Shown: positions 21,400 through 28,261 of the stretch, one piece after another
Position numbering within the stretch: the stretch's first letter is position 1
How the letters are laid out: the number at the start of each line of letters is the position of its first letter
From: Thermoguttaceae bacterium
GTDB lineage: Bacteria > Planctomycetota > Planctomycetia > Pirellulales > Thermoguttaceae
Assembly: GCA_017466305.1 (NCBI GenBank)
Contig: JAFTUJ010000520.1
Span: forward strand, 1 to 34,105
Direction: 5' to 3'
Length of the DNA: 34,105 bases
The notes under the pieces: generated by a model
Seen by the model: the letters and a program-made list of their open reading frames with translations, nothing else
The model's database searches: none
What the model was told of the DNA's origin: nothing
Translations under genes and position numbers: made by a program

Positions 21400-21616
21400 T
21401 AAACGCTCAAACGAAAACGCGTTGCAACAGCGCCATATACAAAAGCGTTCCGCCGCCGAAACGCGAACGCCGCCGGCTTAAACGCTCAAACGAAAACGCG
21501 TTGCAACAGCGCCATATACAAAAGCGTGCCGCCGCCGAAACGCGAACGCCGCCGGCTTAAACGCTCAAACGAAAACGCGTTGCAAGAGCGCCATATACAA
21601 AAGCGTGCCTCCGCCG
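21400..21616. repeat. A 79-bp tandem repeat, about 2.7 copies, that duplicates the 3' end of azlD
   Basis: The copies start at 21400, 21479 and 21558. Copy 3 is the real gene end (last 17 codons plus stop). The copies differ at only 3 positions. Confidence 0.9.
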
Positions 21617-21897
21617 ACGCTTAGGAGCATGTTCCCCTTCCAAGCGTGCAGAATCGCGACGGCGACTCCGGCGATCAGCTCCGGAAGCGCGAACGGATAC
21701 CGAAGCGGCGTCGCGTTTCTAAAGCAATAAACGACAAGCATTGCGATGATCGCCGGCGGCAGCGCGACGCCGAGATACGAAACGACTTCCGGCGTCTTCC
21801 GCTTCCCGCCGAAGACGAGAAACGGAAAAAAGCGGAGCCCCGCCGTTACCGCCGCGACGACCGCGACGATCGCGACCGAATGCGAAAAATCGATCAT
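21565..21897 (-). CDS. azlD: Branched-chain amino acid transport protein AzlD
   Basis: This is a 110-aa hydrophobic protein (MIDFSHSVAIVAVVAAVTAGLRFFPFLVFG...). Its start overlaps the azlC stop in an ATGA arrangement. Confidence 0.8.
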   Translation of the reverse strand: MIDFSHSVAIVAVVAAVTAGLRFFPFLVFGGKRKTPEVVSYLGVALPPAIIAMLVVYCFRNATPLRYPFALPELIAGVAVAILHAWKGNMLLSVGGGTLLYMALLQRVFV

Positions 21898-22691
21898 CGT
21901 TTCCCCTCCGTTTCCGCCGCGTCCGTCGAAGCGAGCGTTTTCTCCGTCGACGCAACCTCTTGCGCCGCCGACGTTTCCGTTTCATTCTTCGTTTCGAAAA
22001 AGCGTCGTCCGCCGATCAAAACCGCGCAAATCCCGAGCGTCGCCGGAATGAGGAAATTATCCGGCCCGAACGCGAGGAGCGCCAAAACCGAAACCGCGAC
22101 GCCGACTAACGCCGGTCGATGGCGCCGCGTTCCCTTCCATTGCTCGACGAAAACCGCGACAAAAAGCGCCGTCATCGCGAAATCGACGCCCCGCGAATCG
22201 AACTCGACGAGCGTTCCGACAAGCGCGCCGACGACGCAGCCGACGATCCAATACGAATGGTCGAAAAGCGTCAGCCAAAAAGCGAAGCGCGGGAAGTCGG
22301 TTCCGTCCGGCGACTTGCCGTCGCAGGTGAGCGAGTACGTTTCGTCGGTCATTCCGAAGACGATGTAAGGCTTGTATTTACCGGCGTTTCGGTATTTTTC
22401 GATCATCGTAACGCCGTAAAAAATATGCCGCGCGTTGACCATAAAGGTCGCGATCGCCGTCGCGGCGAGCGTCGCGTGATTCGCGAGCAAATCGACGGCG
22501 AGATACTGCATCGCGCCGGCGTAAATCGTTACGCTCATCGCCAGCGCCCAAATCGGCCCGTATCCGGCCTGCGCGAGCAAAACGCCGAATCCGAACCCGA
22601 GCGCGAGATACCCCGCCATCACCGGCAAAGATTTCACAAACGCCGCTCGAACCGTTTTTTTCATCGCTTTCGCCTTGCCTGTCTCTGCCAT
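21894..22691 (-). CDS. azlC: AzlC-family branched-chain amino acid permease
   Basis: The sequence LPVMAGYLALGFGFGVLLAQAGYGPIWALAMSVTIYAGAMQYLAVDLL is typical of AzlC. I prefer the ATG at 22691 (MAETGKA..) or 22664 (MKKTV..) over the track start at 22787. It has an acidic Ser/Thr-rich C-terminal tail. Confidence 0.8.
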   Translation of the reverse strand: MAETGKAKAMKKTVRAAFVKSLPVMAGYLALGFGFGVLLAQAGYGPIWALAMSVTIYAGAMQYLAVDLLANHATLAATAIATFMVNARHIFYGVTMIEKYRNAGKYKPYIVFGMTDETYSLTCDGKSPDGTDFPRFAFWLTLFDHSYWIVGCVVGALVGTLVEFDSRGVDFAMTALFVAVFVEQWKGTRRHRPALVGVAVSVLALLAFGPDNFLIPATLGICAVLIGGRRFFETKNETETSAAQEVASTEKTLASTDAAETEGKR

Positions 22692-22855
22692 TTTCGCCGT
22701 CTTAACGTTTGCCGCCTCGACGCGCCGCCGCGAACGCCCTAAAAATGGGAATCGCGACCGTCGAGGTTTACATTCATCATACCGCAATTTTCGATTTTTT
22801 GAAGCCCGAAAACCCGAAATTTCCCGAAACGCCGGCTCGCGAAACCGACGTAAAA

Positions 22856-22889
22856 AAGCGCGCCCCCGCCGACCGACGCGAACGCGCTT
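22856..22889 (-). terminator. Weak hairpin plus T-run downstream of the three-gene cassette
   Basis: A 7-bp stem AAGCGCG/CGCGCTT closes a 20-nt loop. On the minus strand it is followed by TTTTTTA. Confidence 0.35.
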
Positions 22890-22933
22890 CTTATTCCATC
22901 GCTTAACCGTTGTTATCTAATGCCTTACATCAA

Positions 22934-23224
22934 TCATTCAAGACCGTAAACAGCCTCCGCAGGCAAAGCGGCCAAGACCTCGCGAAACGTCATACCGACC
23001 TCGGTCATTGTGTCGTTAAGGAAATCCTCAAAGGAATTCCAACCGTACTCGTGTTCCGTGTCGGGATCACCCCATTCATATTTCTCCGTCATCCTCCAAA
23101 CATACCCGAAATGCGAACCGGAATATTGAAAGAGATAGCCTCCATATTTAACATTGGCCTCCGCCAACCATCCGCCGTTTGCTTCATATTTTGCTAAAAG
23201 AGCGTCCAAAGCCGTTTTTTTCAT
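22934..23224 (-). CDS. Small acidic Trp/Tyr-rich protein of 96 aa; candidate immunity/antitoxin component
   Basis: The ATG at 23222-23224 overlaps the stop of the upstream ORF (ATGA). The protein is MKKTALDALLAKYEANGGWLAEANVKYGGYLFQYSGSHFGYVWRMTEKYEWGDPDTEHEYGWNSFEDFLND.... I recognise no family. The gene is CpG-poor compared with its neighbours. Confidence 0.55.
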   Translation of the reverse strand: MKKTALDALLAKYEANGGWLAEANVKYGGYLFQYSGSHFGYVWRMTEKYEWGDPDTEHEYGWNSFEDFLNDTMTEVGMTFREVLAALPAEAVYGLE

Positions 23225-23604
23225 CGTCGTTTCTCCTGAATTTTCTCGATAACTTTCCCCCAACGCGCCCATTCCGCCGACGTAAGCGCCCGCGAAACGT
23301 TACTTCGCTCGCCGTTCTGGTACTCGTGAACGTGAAAATCGTCCTTCGACATGCCGTGATGATGAGAATGTCCAAAATCAATATCCAGCGCAGGAAAACG
23401 CCTCTCGAAAACGCGCAATTGCTTAGGTTGACCATTTTGATCGCATGCAACATACGCGGCGGCGGTGTTGGCGCGCTCCGGCAAATTATTACTTGCCGAA
23501 TTCTTTTTTCCTAAAACCTTCACGCCTTCGATTTTTCCGATCTCTTGATATTTAAGCGGTTCGCTAAACCCGCCTTGCGGTAAAAACGCGCCTCTACTCC
23601 CCAT
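23221..23604 (-). CDS. 127-aa protein with a His cluster (GHSHHHG...HVHEY); candidate metal-dependent nuclease-type toxin
   Basis: The ATG at 23602-23604 overlaps the DUF4417-like stop by 11 nt. The protein is MGSRGAFLPQGGFSEPLKYQEIGKIEGVKVLGKK...QLRVFERRFPALDIDFGHSHHHGMSKDDFHVHEYQNG.... The longer 185-aa track ORF is an upstream extension lying inside the DUF4417-like gene. Confidence 0.55.
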   Translation of the reverse strand: MGSRGAFLPQGGFSEPLKYQEIGKIEGVKVLGKKNSASNNLPERANTAAAYVACDQNGQPKQLRVFERRFPALDIDFGHSHHHGMSKDDFHVHEYQNGERSNVSRALTSAEWARWGKVIEKIQEKRR

Positions 23605-24202
23605 CGCGGCCCCCTTTCTTCGCTTTTTTTGCCTTGCGACGTTCGTCGGCCCAACGGTAATGAGTGTTCGCATACTGAACGACCCGCGCCGAGCCGAAGT
23701 CGCATTCCTTCGGTCGCGAACCGTAAAGAAGAACCGTCGACGGCGCCAAACGTTCCATCGCCGCGTCGAAACCTTCAAGAAAAACCTTGTGCGACAAAGA
23801 GTTGCGCATTACGCCGACCGTCGAAATCGAGACGACCGAACCGGTCGGCAAACCGTCGAAGCAGTAGTCGAACGACGCGCGCTCCGCCCATTGCAACGTC
23901 GGAACGACCGTCGCCCCCGCCGCTTGCAGAAGCGCTCCAATCTGTCGCGAACGCCAAACATTGTTTATCTTCGGCGGATACGGCATATCGAGATAGAGCG
24001 AAAAATCGGGCGTCAACACGCAGGCGAACCGCGCCAACCGCTCGACGTAACGCTCGAAACGGAGCCAGATTTTATCGTCGAAACGATAATCGTCGAGATA
24101 AAAATGAACGCCGCGTTCGTAAGTCTCGCTTTTAACGGCCTTTTCGAAGTCGGTCAACTCCGACGGCGGCGAAAAATCCTCGACCGGCGCCAACGCGGGC
24201 AT
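23594..24202 (-). CDS. DUF4417-like protein (function unknown)
   Basis: The 202-aa ORF contains HFYLDDYRFD..W..ERYVERLARFACVLTPDFSLYLDMPYPPKINNVWRSRQIGALLQAAGATVVPTLQW. From memory this matches the DUF4417 (PF14386) pattern of phage and mobile-element proteins. It has a Lys-rich C-terminal tail. Confidence 0.65.
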   Translation of the reverse strand: MPALAPVEDFSPPSELTDFEKAVKSETYERGVHFYLDDYRFDDKIWLRFERYVERLARFACVLTPDFSLYLDMPYPPKINNVWRSRQIGALLQAAGATVVPTLQWAERASFDYCFDGLPTGSVVSISTVGVMRNSLSHKVFLEGFDAAMERLAPSTVLLYGSRPKECDFGSARVVQYANTHYRWADERRKAKKAKKGGRDGE

Positions 24203-24316
24203 ACCGTATTTCCCGACCGCCGCGCCTCACGCAATGAATTTTAATTCGTTTTTCGCGCAGTTTTCCCGTTTTTCATGTCGCAAAACAGCCGCGCTTTTTC
24301 GTAAACCGTTTCTTTT

Positions 24317-24344
24317 ATTATACGCTTAACACTCGATATTTCAA
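24317..24344 (-). promoter_or_regulatory. Sigma-70-like promoter for the cassette (TTGAAA-16-TATAAT on the minus strand)
   Basis: The minus strand reads gctaTTGAAAtatcgagtgttaagcgTATAATaaaag. The -35 element is at 24339-24344 and the -10 at 24317-24322. They lie in an AT-rich tract about 115 nt upstream of the ATG at 24202. Confidence 0.45.
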
Positions 24345-24416
24345 TAGCTTGCGTCTAAATTTTTCCATAATTCTCCGCTTTCTCCTTTCTCGCGTCCCCA
24401 AAATTCCCGTTCGCTC

Positions 24417-24445
24417 TTGCGAAAATCGACGATTCGCGTTAAAAT
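24417..24445 (+). promoter_or_regulatory. Sigma-70-like promoter for the SbcD-like gene (TTGCGA-17-TAAAAT)
   Basis: TTGCGA lies at 24417-24422 and TAAAAT at 24440-24445. Both sit upstream of the AAGGAG RBS (24510-24515) and the GTG start at 24522. Confidence 0.45.
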
Positions 24446-24521
24446 AAGGGAGCGCGGGCCGAGCGTTCGGGCGTTCGACCGCCGCGTTTTTCCCGTCCGC
24501 TCAACCGCCAAGGAGTTTCCC

Positions 24522-25955
24522 GTGTCCCTTAAATTCATACACGCCGCCGACTTACACCTCGACTCGCCGATGCGCGGTCTCGGGACGACCGACCCGGAAA
24601 TCGCCGAAACGATTCGCGACGCGTCGCGCCGGGCGTTCGAGCGGTTAATCGACGTCGCGCTCGCGGAAAACGTCGCGTTCGTCGTCGTCGCGGGCGACCT
24701 TTTCGACGGCGATTGGGACGACCTCGCGACCGGCCTTTGGACGATTCGCCAACTTCGCCGCCTCGAAGCGCGCCGCGTCCCCGTTTTTATCTCGTTGGGA
24801 AATCACGACTTACAAAACAAGACGCTTCCTAAGCTGACTTGGCCGAAAAACGTCAAAATTTTCAGCGCGAAAAAACCGGAAACCTTCCTTTACCCGGACG
24901 ACTTGCCGACGCTCTTCGACGGCGCGAAGAAATCCAAACGCAAAACCGCGACGCCGTCCACCGCAAGTCTTAAAAATACGCTGTTTAGCGCATCGCCGGA
25001 ACCCGCTTGCTCTCTTTTCGACGCCGCGCCGGAACGCGTCGCGCTAACCGGCCAAAGTTTCCGCGCCCAATTTTGTCCGGAAAATTTGGCGGAAAACTTC
25101 CCGTCGGCAACGCCTAACGCGTTCAATATCGGCGTTTTACACACCGACGTAAGCGGAGACGGCGCCGCGTCGCATTACGCGCCGACGAGTCTTGAAACGT
25201 TAAACACGAAACAGTACGATTATTGGGCGCTCGGGCACGTTCACCGCCGTCAAACGCTCCAAACGGAACCGGCTTGGGTCGGGTATCCCGGCGTTTTGCA
25301 GGGGCGGCACATTCGCGAACCGGAGCCGAAGGGTTTTTACGTCGTCGAAATCGAAAACGGCGCGCTTTTGGGCGAACCGCGTTTTGTCGCCGCCGACTCG
25401 CTACGTTGGTTCGCGCTCGAACTCGATTTAACGCAAGTCGCGTCGGAAGAAGAGTTGCGCGAGCGGTTCCTTGACGCGGCGCGCTTGGTCGTCGCCGAAG
25501 CGGAGGAGCGTTTCGCGGCGGTTCGGTTAACGCTCGTCGGTCGAACGGAAATGCATCGCGAGTTGACGCAACGTCGCGCTCGTCAAACGCTTGCCGAACC
25601 GTTCCTCGCTTGGACGCTCGAACTCGGCGACGCGCTTTGGCTCGAAGAAATCGAGCTAAAAACGACGGCGCCCCGCCCCGCGACGCTCGGCGAAACCGGC
25701 GTTCTCGGCGATCTCGCCGCCGACTTCGAACGGAAAATCGCCGAACTTTCCGCTCGACTCGCCGCGTCGGAAACGCCGCAAATCGTCGAACCGCAAGCGT
25801 TAGAAGAACAGGAACAGCCGTTCGCCGACTTGGAAAAACGCGTCGGCGCTTATTGGCGCGAACTCGGAATCGACCTCGACGACCCGGCGACGCTCCGTCG
25901 TTGGCGCGAAGAGGCTCGCGAAATTTTGATCGACGCGTTCAACGACGCCGAGTAA
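24522..25955 (+). CDS. SbcD/YhaO-like calcineurin-type metallophosphoesterase (DNA repair exonuclease family)
   Basis: The sequence LKFIHAADLHLDSPMRG, VVVAGDLFDG, ISLGNHD and YWALGHVH are the phosphoesterase motifs. The GTG start at 24522 lies 6 nt after AAGGAG and is in frame with the longer track ORF that begins at 24417. The C-terminal half is helical and acidic. Confidence 0.8.
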   Translation: MSLKFIHAADLHLDSPMRGLGTTDPEIAETIRDASRRAFERLIDVALAENVAFVVVAGDLFDGDWDDLATGLWTIRQLRRLEARRVPVFISLGNHDLQNKTLPKLTWPKNVKIFSAKKPETFLYPDDLPTLFDGAKKSKRKTATPSTASLKNTLFSASPEPACSLFDAAPERVALTGQSFRAQFCPENLAENFPSATPNAFNIGVLHTDVSGDGAASHYAPTSLETLNTKQYDYWALGHVHRRQTLQTEPAWVGYPGVLQGRHIREPEPKGFYVVEIENGALLGEPRFVAADSLRWFALELDLTQVASEEELRERFLDAARLVVAEAEERFAAVRLTLVGRTEMHRELTQRRARQTLAEPFLAWTLELGDALWLEEIELKTTAPRPATLGETGVLGDLAADFERKIAELSARLAASETPQIVEPQALEEQEQPFADLEKRVGAYWRELGIDLDDPATLRRWREEAREILIDAFNDAE

Positions 25956-25984
25956 CGCCGCCCCCGTTTTTCGCCGACTTTGCC

Positions 25985-26022
25985 AATAAAAAAGCGCGCC
26001 CGAAGTTCCCCTCGGTCGCGCT
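25985..26022 (-). terminator. Terminator hairpin shared by the convergent SbcD-like and esterase genes (better on the minus strand)
   Basis: An 11-bp stem with one mismatch (AGCGCGCCCGA/TCGGTCGCGCT) closes an 8-nt loop. The minus strand continues with TTTTTATT. Confidence 0.6.
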
Positions 26023-26052
26023 TTCCCATTGTCGTTTACTCAACGCAACTCG

Positions 26053-28074
<2,022 letters not shown>

Positions 28075-28261
28075 TGTTAAAACGCAACTCCTTGCGCGGT
28101 CGACGGTTGCGAATCGCCGAAACGCGCCGTTAAAGGGTCGTTTCAATTGGAAAAAATCGCCGCCTGTATTAATAACGACGGCGCTTGAAAAGAAAACGCG
28201 GCGCCGCTCGGCGCGTTCCGCTTCGAAACGCGCCGAGAAGCGCCGTCGCTAAACCCCGTCG

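Noticed and set aside
21252-21560. A 102-aa + ORF between nifJ and azlD.
   Set aside because: It starts inside the nifJ terminator region and runs through the 79-bp tandem repeat, so its repetitive sequence is a by-product of the DNA repeat. It has no RBS and no recognisable fold.
21400-21616. A possible CRISPR-like or minisatellite array.
   Set aside because: The repeat units are directly contiguous with no spacers. There are only about 2.7 copies, and the unit is simply the azlD 3' end. No cas genes are present.
22910-23197. A 95-aa + ORF antisense to the small immunity-like gene, and the 111-aa + ORF at 23179-23514.
   Set aside because: The coding organisation on the minus strand (overlapping stop/start codons, a promoter and a terminator) explains the region better. 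The plus-strand products have no RBS or motifs.
23520-23705. -1 programmed frameshifting at the heptamer A AAA AAA within the DUF4417 gene.
   Set aside because: A -1 slip enters the frame of the 61-aa ORF and would only add a tail of about 34 aa (SEERGPRWGVEARFYRK...) before a stop. It does not reach the gene-2 frame. Only a +1 shift or loss of one nucleotide does, and that is reported separately.
22899-24330. The 8-bp match CGCTTAAC on both sides of the cassette (near 22900 and 24323), considered as a possible target-site duplication or att core.
   Set aside because: It is too short to be significant when a 150-bp flank is compared with a 300-bp flank. There is no integrase, transposase or inverted terminal repeat. 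The compositional break lies inside the operon rather than at these positions.
24341-24538. A 65-aa minus-strand ORF in the divergent promoter region.
   Set aside because: It overlaps both predicted promoters and the SbcD-like start. It has no RBS and no recognisable sequence features.
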